Assembly (NCBI GenBank): GCA_043802665.1
Contig: JAZDKW010000020.1
Coordinates: 7,036-71,035 of the forward strand
Length of the DNA: 64,000 nucleotides
Source of the DNA: Patescibacteria group bacterium
GTDB taxonomy: Bacteria > Patescibacteriota > Kazan-3B-28 > UBA10110
Reading direction: 5' to 3'
Part shown: piece by piece, positions 10,534 to 19,284 of the stretch
Layout: every line of letters starts with the position of its first letter
Position numbering within the stretch: position 1 is the first letter of the stretch
The notes under the pieces: model-generated
Told to the model about the DNA's origin: nothing
Seen by the model: the letters and a program-made list of their open reading frames with translations, nothing else
Database searches by the model: none
Made by a program: the position numbers and the translations under genes

Positions 10534-10710
10534 TCATTTCCGCCAGTCTTTAATAATTAAATGACGCCCGGCGGCCCGGACAACCAGCTTTTGACGCTCC
10601 TGCCATCCCAGCTTACGCACCACTTCTGCAGGCAAAGTCAGCCCCAAGCTATATTTAGCAATGCGAGTGAGCTTTCTAATATCTTTTTTACCGCTTCTAT
10701 TTCTCGCCAT
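10534..10710 (-). CDS. SpoVT/AbrB-type (MazE-like) swapped-hairpin DNA-binding protein, 58 aa
   Basis: Manual minus-strand translation: MARNRSGKKDIRKLTRIAKYSLGLTLPAEVVRKLGWQERQKLVVRAAGRHLIIKDWRK. This fits the AbrB/MazE fold pattern (LPAEVVRKLGW..G..L). It is below the 60-aa ORF-track cutoff. Confidence 0.5.
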   Translation of the reverse strand: MARNRSGKKDIRKLTRIAKYSLGLTLPAEVVRKLGWQERQKLVVRAAGRHLIIKDWRK

Positions 10711-10714
10711 AATA

Positions 10715-10784
10715 TTACTTACTATATTACTTACTATGTTAAGTAATTATTTAGAACGTTCGACGTTCCTTACGTAATTATTTT
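10715..10784. promoter_or_regulatory. repeat block A: TTACTTACTAT x2, then TAAGTAATTATTTAG, palindrome GAACGTTCGACGTTC and TTACGTAATTATTTT; sits in the promoter region of the AbrB-like gene
   Basis: Read directly; near-identical block B at 12122-12173. Confidence 0.55.
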
Positions 10785-10839
10785 ATCATACAATCATTTA
10801 TCCAAGCCGATTCTGCTCTCCAGCAATAACCCCACCTAA

Positions 10840-10862
10840 CCTCCCCTTATCTTAAGGGGAGG
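10840..10862. repeat. stem-loop CCTCCCCTTAtcTTAAGGGGAGG (copy 1 of 2)
   Basis: Perfect 10-bp inverted repeat; near-identical copy at 15142-15162. Confidence 0.5.
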
Positions 10863-11214
10863 AGATGAGAGAGAAGATTCAACACCCCTCTTAAGACAAA
10901 AGGGCAGGCGGTGCCCCGCACAATTCAATATATATCCAGAGAGGATAAATATCATATTCTGGATGAGACTGAATTGTGCTGGGGGAAAGTTATGATACAT
11001 TTTTACAACAATATAACCCCTGGTCAACGCCTGATATTAACAATCTGAAAATCAACAATAAAACCGCTCTCCAAGCCAAAAATATGCTTGACCAGCCGAA
11101 ATAAATAAGTTATACTGCGGGCAAATTCAGTATTAACTGGATGACCTTTGAAAAGGAGGTCGCTCGAGATGCGACAGATCATTTTTCTTCCAAACAAGAA
11201 CAGAGGTGAAAAAG

Positions 11215-11991
11215 ATGACTGTAAATGAGATGGAAGAAGTATTAACAAAGCACATAGAACGCGTTGAGAGACAGAACAGATGCGCTATGAGAATCGCTTG
11301 GATTCTGGGAGCCACATTAACATTATTACTGGCGCTATTGGTATTATTGGGTGTTTATGTTTATTTAGGACCAACCTGGGAAACTAAAACTATTCGTACG
11401 CAGGCTATTGAAATCTTAGATGAGGATGGGAACTCCCGTATTAAACTCCGCATCTTTGAAGGAGAACCCAGTATTGCTCTCTATAACAAGAATGGGAATA
11501 ATCGTGTCTTACTCACTCTTTTTAAAGGGGAGCCGTGTTTTGCGCTCTATGATGCGATTGGAAGCCAGCGTGCCTTGCTCTCTATCCCTGAAGAAACACC
11601 GGGTTTATGGATTTACGACAAGAATGGAAATTGTCAGGTTGCGCTTGCCACCCCTGAAGAGAAACCTGGTTTATGGCTTTATGATGAGAATGGAAATCAT
11701 CGAGCTGGACTCTCCATCTCTGAAGGAGCACCAGGTCTTGCGCTCTATGATGTAGATGGAAGCCAGCGTGCCTTGCTCACCGTCTCTAAAGGAGAACCTG
11801 GTTTATGGCTTTATGACGAGAATGGAAATCATCGAGCTGGGCTAGAGATACTCTCTAAAGGAAAAGGAACACCTGGTTTATGGCTCTGGGACGAGGATGG
11901 AAATCATCGAGCTGGGCTAGAGATCGCGGAAGGAACACCAGGTTTATGGCTCTGGGACCAATATGGCCATTCTACCTTTAAAACTCCTTAG
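11215..11991 (+). CDS. membrane-anchored protein made of ~8 tandem ~20-aa repeats of the form G(E/T)PGLWLYDxNGNxRAxL (YD-repeat-like)
   Basis: The ORF may start at GTG 11206 or ATG 11215; an AGAGGTGA SD-like sequence lies upstream. It has an N-terminal cytoplasmic segment plus one TM helix. The tandem 60-63-bp repeats are visible at DNA level from 11440 to 11960. Confidence 0.7.
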   Translation: MTVNEMEEVLTKHIERVERQNRCAMRIAWILGATLTLLLALLVLLGVYVYLGPTWETKTIRTQAIEILDEDGNSRIKLRIFEGEPSIALYNKNGNNRVLLTLFKGEPCFALYDAIGSQRALLSIPEETPGLWIYDKNGNCQVALATPEEKPGLWLYDENGNHRAGLSISEGAPGLALYDVDGSQRALLTVSKGEPGLWLYDENGNHRAGLEILSKGKGTPGLWLWDEDGNHRAGLEIAEGTPGLWLWDQYGHSTFKTP

Positions 11992-12121
11992 GAAAGACCG
12001 TGGATGAGAGTGTCCCCTTCCTCGGTAAGTTTCTACCGTACGGTAAAGAATTCAATGCGGACCTAATTTGGTCCGCTTTTCTATTACTAAATATCTTTAC
12101 CTGATTGGGACTAAAAAAAAA

Positions 12122-12173
12122 TTACTTACTGAATTACTTACTATAGTACTTACTACATTACGTAATTATTTAG
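12122..12173. repeat. repeat block B: TTACTTACT x3, then TTACGTAATTATTTAG; direct repeat of block A, overlapping the stop codon of the nuclease gene
   Basis: Read directly. Confidence 0.55.
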
Positions 12174-12921
12174 CTTTGAGTTGGCTGATAGCATTGCGGT
12201 AGGTGCAGAAATCGCATTCGGGACCGGCGGGTGGGATTTTGTCGGACATCAAACAATCTTTAATTTTCTCCAAAGTCGGTGCGATCCAATCAGTGGTACC
12301 CTCATAAGAGATCAGTTTAATCCTGAACTCCAATTTACCGTCAAACGCCTCCCTGTCGCGCTTACCATTGCAATAAACAAAATAGCCTGCCGGCGCTACC
12401 GAAAAACCATTTTGCCGGAAAAGCCATTGATAAATCTCCATCTGACGCTTATAGCCCTTTTGCCACTCGGCGTCTAAGGTAACTTCCTTGTCTTTGCTGG
12501 TCGCCTTGTAATCCACAATGATCAACTCACCTTTCGGGTCCACCCAAACATCGTCTACTCCTCCATAAACCAAAAAATTGGTGACTGGATCCAAATACTG
12601 GATACCGCTCCGAGCATTACGCCAAGTCTCTAAATCTTCATGGGGGAAAGGAACTGCATCTACTCCATACTGTGTCATTAAGGGATGGGGCTGACCTTTG
12701 GCCCGATGGATATCAAATTCTTTCTTCAAGAGATGATCTACAGCCGAGTTCAAAGTAAAAGGATAGCCGGGCGGCTGGCCCACTCCCAGGCGTACATCGA
12801 TATAAAAACAGCGGGGACAATTACAATACAGATCAATTTTGGAGCGACTAATCTTAAACGGATCTGTTGATGCGGGGTCAAATAACCCCCGAGTGCGCTG
12901 ACCATGATAATATTCCGACAT
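12166..12921 (-). CDS. PD-(D/E)XK nuclease, Cas4/RecB-like, with Cys clusters
   Basis: 251 aa; motif ELIIVDYKATS matches the hhDYK(T/S) motif III of RecB-family nucleases. Cys clusters lie at the N-terminus (CNCPRC) and C-terminus (CDFC), as in Cas4-type Fe-S nucleases. No cas genes or CRISPR array lie nearby. Confidence 0.6.
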   Translation of the reverse strand: MSEYYHGQRTRGLFDPASTDPFKISRSKIDLYCNCPRCFYIDVRLGVGQPPGYPFTLNSAVDHLLKKEFDIHRAKGQPHPLMTQYGVDAVPFPHEDLETWRNARSGIQYLDPVTNFLVYGGVDDVWVDPKGELIIVDYKATSKDKEVTLDAEWQKGYKRQMEIYQWLFRQNGFSVAPAGYFVYCNGKRDREAFDGKLEFRIKLISYEGTTDWIAPTLEKIKDCLMSDKIPPAGPECDFCTYRNAISQLKAK

Positions 12922-13049
12922 AGATAGGTAGGGGTTAGAGAATAGGGATTAGAAAATAGCGGATAGAGACGAGGGAATAAAGGAAGAGATAAAGTTTCAG
13001 CCAAAACGTAACACATTTTGGCTGAAACTACCAAAACTTGTTTTAAACC

Positions 13050-13253
13050 TTACTTGGTCATCTTCGGCAAAAAGACAAAGAGCCCGTAGAGAGCAGACAA
13101 ACCTACGAGATCGTAGATCAGTTTAGACAAAGTGGTCATATCCCCGAACAGGGTTGCGACCAAGTCAAACCCGAACAAACTAACGAACCCCCAATTGAGT
13201 CCGCCCACGATCAAGAGGATAGCGGCAATCCAATTAATGATCTTCATACCCAA
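13050..13253 (-). CDS. DUF378-family small membrane protein
   Basis: 67 aa; GGLNWGFVSLFGFDLV motif typical of DUF378. Confidence 0.7.
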   Translation of the reverse strand: MGMKIINWIAAILLIVGGLNWGFVSLFGFDLVATLFGDMTTLSKLIYDLVGLSALYGLFVFLPKMTK

Positions 13254-13320
13254 ACCCCCGAATAAATTAATAATAACAATTTTATTATATCAACTTTATT
13301 TTATTTGTCATCCGCCAACG

Positions 13321-13356
13321 AAAAAAGCCGCTTCCTAAGAAGGAAACGGCGGGGCT
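13321..13356 (-). terminator. rho-independent terminator after the 13381-13824 gene
   Basis: On the minus strand: GCCGTTTCCTTCTTAGGAAGCGGC followed by TTTTTT. Confidence 0.6.
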
Positions 13357-13380
13357 GATTTGATCTCGTATCCACTTTAC

Positions 13381-13824
13381 TTACAAAAGTCGCAAAAAAC
13401 CTAATTCGGTAGATAGTGATTCAAATGCGAACAGCGCTTCGTAGTCGTTAGCAAAAACCTTGGCTTTGGATGTCTCTATCCACCCCATGGTTGTCAAATC
13501 CTCACCGAACGTCACAGAGAAGGCTGGAGGTATTACCCCACGACGGTACTTAATCGTCCCTGAAACCACTAAAATATTATTGATAATCACCAACCTCTTC
13601 TCGTCTATAACTACCGTTTCAGGATTTTCACCAGCAGTCACCAAGCACTGCAGAAAGGGAAAAACATCAATGTATTTCAACAATATCTTTCCTAACGTAT
13701 CTGCACTTGCCCGGAACAAACATTGTCGCGGATCTGGACGGCAATAATCATAAGCGATATGTTGTTTCAGCGCCAATGTTAAGAACTCGCTGATATTAAC
13801 GTCAGCATTTTCCAAATTTATCAC
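13381..13824 (-). CDS. hypothetical protein
   Basis: 147-aa ORF with a terminator downstream; no recognisable motif. Confidence 0.45.
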   Translation of the reverse strand: MINLENADVNISEFLTLALKQHIAYDYCRPDPRQCLFRASADTLGKILLKYIDVFPFLQCLVTAGENPETVVIDEKRLVIINNILVVSGTIKYRRGVIPPAFSVTFGEDLTTMGWIETSKAKVFANDYEALFAFESLSTELGFLRLL

Positions 13825-13937
13825 TCCTTTTTAAGGTACAGGGATCAGGTAATTTTGCTTAATATACCACAGGCTTTAGCCAACACCAACTTTTTTATCC
13901 AGAGGGGATGAGCTACCTCAGCAACATCTCATATTGG

Positions 13938-14417
13938 TTACGGTTCTAAAACTGCGGGGCGTTCGCCGTGGTTAATAGTAATTTTTATATCTTTAACAGT
14001 AGGAAATTGGGTTAGGGTTTTAAAAATCTGTTGGTAGACCGCCTGTACCCGAGCCGAACCGCCCATTTGAAAATCAAATTGATCATCAAAATCAACTGTG
14101 GCCACTCCATCGGCGATATTAACATAATTCAGAGCTGTTCCTTCAGCGATCGCCGTGCTCAAGCCCTCGTTTTTCTCGGCTTCTGTGGGACCTTTCAGCA
14201 ACTCTTGGATGGCGGCAGTCGCCACCATCACAGTTTTAGGAATCGTGCGATCAACTGCTACTTGCACAATATCGGTTGGTTCACTCTTACAAAAATAGAT
14301 TAGGATATCTTGGGTGGTATCGTCTGAATAATTATCTGGTTGATAATAATATTGGACTAACCAATACCCACCCACTGCTACTATTAAACAACTAACTATC
14401 CACAGTAAATATCTCAT
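13938..14417 (-). CDS. GerMN-domain protein, membrane-anchored
   Basis: 159 aa; N-terminal TM; GerMN pattern (LLKGPT..E...GL.T.I..GT.L..V.I.DGVATVDF ... V.I.I). Confidence 0.65.
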   Translation of the reverse strand: MRYLLWIVSCLIVAVGGYWLVQYYYQPDNYSDDTTQDILIYFCKSEPTDIVQVAVDRTIPKTVMVATAAIQELLKGPTEAEKNEGLSTAIAEGTALNYVNIADGVATVDFDDQFDFQMGGSARVQAVYQQIFKTLTQFPTVKDIKITINHGERPAVLEP

Positions 14418-14429
14418 AACCTTATTTTA

Positions 14430-15185
14430 CTATATTCGGACTGGGGCTAAATCATTGATTGACGCAATGCGATGTAAATCTGTCGCTTGCGATAAAGTAT
14501 AGTCTCCTATTTTGGTCCGTACTAAACCGGACATATATGCCCCCACGCCTAACTTTTGACCAATATCATTGATCAATGATCGGATATAGGTTCCGGAAGA
14601 TACTTTGACATTGAATTTCAGAATAGGATATTGATAATCCAATAGCTCAATCTTATGGATAGTAACCGGCACTGGCTTTAATTTTACTTCCTTGCCTTGC
14701 CGAGCTAAGTCATAAGCTTTCTTGCCTCCAACTTTCTTAGCCGAAAAGATAGGCGGCATTTGTTCCTGTGCTCCTATAAAACTTTGCAGAGTTTTAATTA
14801 TTTCTTCTTGGCCAGGTGATTTAGAATTACCAGACGGAATAATCTCTCCTTCAGCATCGTAAGTGGTGCTGGTGGAACCTAATGTTGCAATAGCGACATA
14901 GTCCTTATCTAATTTGATGAACTCCGAGATACGTTTAGTAAATTCCCGGCCAATGGCAACAATCATCAGCCCAGAGGCTAAAGGATCTAACGTACCCGCG
15001 TGACCAACAGTTTTTTCTCCGGTGACTCTACGCAAATAATCCACTACGTCATGCGAAGTGATGCCAATGGGCTTGTTGATTAAATAAATTCCATTCATAT
15101 AATGATTCGGATGATATTTCTCTAAACTAATCCCCTCCCATCCTCCCCTTATCAAGGGGAGGTGCAGGCGGGAATTGCCTGACAC
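14430..15185 (-). CDS. truB: tRNA pseudouridine(55) synthase TruB
   Basis: GHAGTLDPLASGLM catalytic motif; the true start is probably the internal MNGIYLINKPIGITSHD, around 15098. The first 29 codons of the ORF just translate the intergenic hairpin at 15142-15162. Confidence 0.85.
   Translation of the reverse strand: MSGNSRLHLPLIRGGWEGISLEKYHPNHYMNGIYLINKPIGITSHDVVDYLRRVTGEKTVGHAGTLDPLASGLMIVAIGREFTKRISEFIKLDKDYVAIATLGSTSTTYDAEGEIIPSGNSKSPGQEEIIKTLQSFIGAQEQMPPIFSAKKVGGKKAYDLARQGKEVKLKPVPVTIHKIELLDYQYPILKFNVKVSSGTYIRSLINDIGQKLGVGAYMSGLVRTKIGDYTLSQATDLHRIASINDLAPVRI
15142..15162. repeat. stem-loop CCTCCCCTTAtcAAGGGGAGG (copy 2 of 2)
   Basis: Near-identical to 10840-10862. Confidence 0.5.
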
Positions 15186-15205
15186 ATGATACTTGATACT
15201 TTCTA

Positions 15206-15646
15206 TTAGCGGAAACGGACAGGGATAATAAAGCTATCGTCATTGTCTGGTAAACCCGAAGGATTATCTTTTTTTAGCACTAATTTGCCCGTATCCCCCA
15301 AAGGCATCTCAAATTTTATCTCTGCCGTAAATGGTACTAAATCTTCAGTCATCCAATCCCCTTGTGCTATCCCCAGAGCCTGGGCTAATACTTGATCATT
15401 TTGGTCTAAAATCTGGATAGGAAAAGAGGCTTCAAAAAACCAATTTCCCCGAGCTCTACCGTTGATCTTCAATGGGCTCTTGATCAGTGAATCTTCCTGT
15501 AAACGATAAGTACAAATCTGTTCTATTTCTTCATTATTATAATGGCAGATTAATTTAGGCTTAGCCCCACCTAACTGATACCAGCCCAATACGCTAATCA
15601 GTAATACTGCCACTACAATCCAGCCCCAATTTTTCATCATTTTCAT
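15206..15646 (-). CDS. hypothetical exported protein (possibly Gmad2-like Ig-fold, the usual partner of GerMN)
   Basis: 146 aa with signal peptide; no strong motif. Confidence 0.45.
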   Translation of the reverse strand: MKMMKNWGWIVVAVLLISVLGWYQLGGAKPKLICHYNNEEIEQICTYRLQEDSLIKSPLKINGRARGNWFFEASFPIQILDQNDQVLAQALGIAQGDWMTEDLVPFTAEIKFEMPLGDTGKLVLKKDNPSGLPDNDDSFIIPVRFR

Positions 15647-16755
15647 TAGTTAAGGTTATCATTGTTATCATACAAGACCAAGTGAGCTATTTTAAGATCG
15701 GCGTCTTTTTGAGTTATAGATTTAATATTAAATATTAGGCGAGGACCAAGATCGGAATTCATAATTTTGAAAATTCTTTCTTGCAATACTTCCGGTGTCA
15801 GATCTTCTTGCTTGATTAGAACGGCCGCTCCCCGATCTGCTAAATACTCCGCATTGTACAACTGATGTTGATTAGCTGAGCTGGGCAAAGGAACCAAAAT
15901 AACCGGCCGGGCGCTCGCAGCAATTTCGGCAATGGCGGTAGCCCCAGCTCGGGAGATAATTACTGCCGCTTTTCGCATCAAATAAGCCACTTGTTCATTG
16001 GGCAAACTCTCGAATAAGTAATAGTGGCGGAATCTTTCGGTTTCTGCCCATTCTTTTAGGGTGGCGAAATCACGGGCTCCGGCTAAATGCAATACTTGGT
16101 AATCCTGAATCAGGGCCGACAAGGACGCTTGGACTAATCGATTAATCGCTTGGGCACCCTGAGAACCACCCATAACTAACAAGAAAGGTTTTACTTCCGA
16201 AAAAGGAATGCCAGTGTTATTTTCTATCTCTGGAGTGTAGAAAATCTCGTTTACGGGAGTTCCGGTATGAATTAACTTAGCAATGTATTTCTTAGGTAAT
16301 TTATAGGAATCTACTGGAAAAGAAACACAAATCCGTTTAGCTAATGGGGTCAGTAAACGATTAGCCAGACCCATCCGAGCATCCGATTCATGAATAATTA
16401 TTGGCCGAGCCAGTATCCAAGCGGCAAAACCAACGGGCACCCCCACATAGCCACCTTTTATAAAAACGCGATTCGGTTGAAAACGCAGAATGATAGCCAT
16501 AGCGGAAAACCAGCCAGCCAAAGTAACAAATAGGTCTATTATATTCTGCCAATCCCAATACCGGCGCAATTTGCCCGCCGGAATACTAATAAATTTAAAT
16601 CCGGCTGATTGTACCACCTCGCGATCTGCCGAGCGGCGAGAACCCACAAACCAGACCTCACTCTGTGGGCTTTCTTTCAAGATAGCGCGCCCGACGGATA
16701 AAGCCGGCAACACGTGACCAGATGTCCCCCCACCAACCAAAAGGATCTTCATCAT
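15646..16755 (-). CDS. murG: UDP-GlcNAc:undecaprenyl-PP-MurNAc-pentapeptide GlcNAc transferase
   Basis: 369 aa; N-terminal G-loop GGGTSGHVLPAL; glycosyltransferase family 28. Confidence 0.9.
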   Translation of the reverse strand: MMKILLVGGGTSGHVLPALSVGRAILKESPQSEVWFVGSRRSADREVVQSAGFKFISIPAGKLRRYWDWQNIIDLFVTLAGWFSAMAIILRFQPNRVFIKGGYVGVPVGFAAWILARPIIIHESDARMGLANRLLTPLAKRICVSFPVDSYKLPKKYIAKLIHTGTPVNEIFYTPEIENNTGIPFSEVKPFLLVMGGSQGAQAINRLVQASLSALIQDYQVLHLAGARDFATLKEWAETERFRHYYLFESLPNEQVAYLMRKAAVIISRAGATAIAEIAASARPVILVPLPSSANQHQLYNAEYLADRGAAVLIKQEDLTPEVLQERIFKIMNSDLGPRLIFNIKSITQKDADLKIAHLVLYDNNDNLN

Positions 16756-17860
16756 CTTTAGTATAAATGGTTTGCCTCGAAATATTCAATAATATACCCG
16801 AAGCGGCCAAAACAAACAGTAAGGAGCTTCCTCCTTGGCTAATAAAAGGTAATGGTACACCTGTAAGCGGAATAAGGCCAATGATTGCTCCGATATTCAC
16901 GGCGGCCTGCCAGCCAATCCATGTGGTAATCCCCACAGCCAATAACCGCCCGAAAGTATCCGGTGCACGCCGAGCTGTTTGCAACCCCCGCCAGACAAAA
17001 ACAGTTAGCGGCAAAAGGACCAAAAAGATTATTCCCAAGAAACCCAATTCTTCGCCAATGATAGCAAAAATGGAATCCGAGGATGTCTCCGGCAAAAAGT
17101 TGTACTTTTGGCGACTACGACCAAATCCCAATCCTAAGAACCCACCCGAACCCAAGGCAATGAGAGCTTGGTTAATGTGATACCCCGCTCCTAAAGGATC
17201 GTCCGATAAATTAAGGAAGGTCATTAAGCGAGCCGCTCGATAAGGTGCCGCCCAGATTAAAACCCACGCTATTGTCACTCCACCAAAAACAATCAGAGAG
17301 AGATGTTGCCATCTTCCTCCTGCAGAATAATACATTGCTAAGGCAATTCCAGCAATCACCATAGTAGTTCCCATATCAGGTTCAGCCACAATTAGACCGC
17401 AGATCACGACAAGCAAAACAATAAAGGGCAGGCAAGTATGATAAAAACTATTGATTCTGGGTCCTTTTTGTTCCAACCAATACGCCAAATAAAAAATTAA
17501 CCCCAACTTTAAAACTTCTGTAACTTGCAACGTCAGATCGCCTGCCCCTAACCACCGGCGCGATCCCCCTGCCTCCACCCCTAAACCTGGGATAAACACC
17601 AACACCAGCAATACCGCACTGATCAACAAAGCCGTTGTGGCAACGAAACGATAATTATGGTAATCAAATCTTTGCAAGAAGAACCATAACATCAAACCAA
17701 CCAAAGCAAAGATAGCCTGCCGAAAGAAATAATAGGTATTACTCCCGGTCACTTGAAAAGATTCCACTACGGAAGCTGAGGATACCATAATAATACCGAA
17801 GATCACCAAAGCTAAGGTCGCGAGGATTAGATAAGGATCGGGGGAATGAAATTTACGCAT
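16658..17860 (-). CDS. ftsW: SEDS-family peptidoglycan glycosyltransferase FtsW
   Basis: 400 aa; ~10 TM helices; position between murD and murG. Confidence 0.85.
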   Translation of the reverse strand: MRKFHSPDPYLILATLALVIFGIIMVSSASVVESFQVTGSNTYYFFRQAIFALVGLMLWFFLQRFDYHNYRFVATTALLISAVLLVLVFIPGLGVEAGGSRRWLGAGDLTLQVTEVLKLGLIFYLAYWLEQKGPRINSFYHTCLPFIVLLVVICGLIVAEPDMGTTMVIAGIALAMYYSAGGRWQHLSLIVFGGVTIAWVLIWAAPYRAARLMTFLNLSDDPLGAGYHINQALIALGSGGFLGLGFGRSRQKYNFLPETSSDSIFAIIGEELGFLGIIFLVLLPLTVFVWRGLQTARRAPDTFGRLLAVGITTWIGWQAAVNIGAIIGLIPLTGVPLPFISQGGSSLLFVLAASGILLNISRQTIYTKDDEDPFGWWGDIWSRVAGFIRRARYLERKPTE

Positions 17861-19284
17861 TAAGAATGGATAATTTTATTAACCAATGATTTAAATTGCT
17901 GGCCGCGGTCATAGGCGTCAGTGAACCAGCCAAAACTTGCGCAAGCCGGAGAGAACAGCACTGTGCCTCGAGGCTCTGCATAATGATAAGCTTGTTGCAC
18001 AGCGGCAGAAAAATCTTTGGCCTGGCTGACAGGAAACTTAACTTTGGCGGCTTTGAGTAATTGATGAATTTTTTTGGCTGTTTCTCCAATTAATATTACC
18101 CCTTGCACAGGATAATGTTCTAAACTATTAACCAACCCGCGAAAATCTTCTTTTTTACTCGCTCCTCCCAGTATGAGAGTTAGCGGTCCAGCCACAGTTT
18201 CCAATGCTGCCAAAGTGGCCACCGGAGTGGTGGCTAATGAATCATTAATAAACTTTATTCCCTTTTTTTCTCCTACCAATTCTAACCGATGCTCTAAAGT
18301 AATAAATTTTTTCAGACGACGACGGATTTTTTCCGGTTTAACCCCCAACAAAAGTGCTACCGCTATTGCCGCTAAGACATTGCCAAGGTTATGCTTACCA
18401 GGCAAAGAAATTTCCGACACCGGCATTACCGGATACCGATGACCAGTTTTAATATCGCGGTGGATAATCTCCCCGTCGGCAATATAAAGCCCTCTGGGCA
18501 AAACCTTGCGAGTCGAATATCTTACTTTCTTTCCACGGATGGATAATGCAATGGTAGATGAAATTTTGTGGTCACTGCTTACTATCGCCCAATCGTTTTT
18601 AGTTTGGTGATGCACAATGTTCATTTTAGCTGCCAGGTAGCTTTTGAAAGTCCGGTGGCGATTAAGATGCTCAGGCACAACATCCAGCACCACGGCGATG
18701 TGTGGGCTTTTAGTCATATCTTCTAACTGAAAACTGGATAATTCCAACACCACTACATCTTTTTTAGTTAACTTGGGCAACAAATTCAATGGCGGATAGC
18801 CAATATTCCCTCCCATATAAACTTTGCCCGATGACCGCCCCTTTAATAAGTGGTAAATGAGAGAGGTGGTAGTGCTTTTGCCTTTAGTGCCCGTAATGCC
18901 CACAATAAGAGCAGGACAAAGATCAAAAAACAATTGGATGGGAGAGCTGAATCGCACCCCGCGGCGGCGGGCACGCTTTATTGGAAGCAAATCCAAAGAC
19001 ACTCCAGGACTACGAAAGACGAGATCAAAATCGCCTAAATTATCCAAATAATGTTTTCCTAATCGTAGCTCATGAGTCAGATGCTTAAATTCAAGGTAGC
19101 GCCGATCAGTCGGTACTAAGGATTTTTCATCTAATCCGACTGAATTAATATCTAACTTACGCAAAAAATGGAGCAGATCAAGTCCTTCTTTACCTAATCC
19201 CAAGACAGCAATCTTACTTAACTGTTCTGCAAGTTGTGACATAGTTTTAACTTTACGATGGTCCGCCACCGACGATACCAACAA
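17860..19284 (-). CDS. murD: UDP-N-acetylmuramoylalanine--D-glutamate ligase
   Basis: 474 aa; GITGTKGKSTTT P-loop. Confidence 0.9.
   Translation of the reverse strand: MLVSSVADHRKVKTMSQLAEQLSKIAVLGLGKEGLDLLHFLRKLDINSVGLDEKSLVPTDRRYLEFKHLTHELRLGKHYLDNLGDFDLVFRSPGVSLDLLPIKRARRRGVRFSSPIQLFFDLCPALIVGITGTKGKSTTTSLIYHLLKGRSSGKVYMGGNIGYPPLNLLPKLTKKDVVVLELSSFQLEDMTKSPHIAVVLDVVPEHLNRHRTFKSYLAAKMNIVHHQTKNDWAIVSSDHKISSTIALSIRGKKVRYSTRKVLPRGLYIADGEIIHRDIKTGHRYPVMPVSEISLPGKHNLGNVLAAIAVALLLGVKPEKIRRRLKKFITLEHRLELVGEKKGIKFINDSLATTPVATLAALETVAGPLTLILGGASKKEDFRGLVNSLEHYPVQGVILIGETAKKIHQLLKAAKVKFPVSQAKDFSAAVQQAYHYAEPRGTVLFSPACASFGWFTDAYDRGQQFKSLVNKIIHS

Noticed and set aside
11420-11755. 111-aa ORF in an alternate frame inside the repeat-protein gene
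   Set aside because: It is an artefact of the 60-63-bp tandem repeat keeping a second frame open, and it has no start context.
15099-15185. N-terminal 29 codons of the truB ORF
   Set aside because: They translate the intergenic hairpin CCTCCCCTTATCAAGGGGAGG. TruB homologues begin at the internal MNGIYLINKP.
16490-19051. Several 60-140-aa ORFs antisense to murG, ftsW and murD
   Set aside because: They are fully embedded antisense to well-supported conserved genes.
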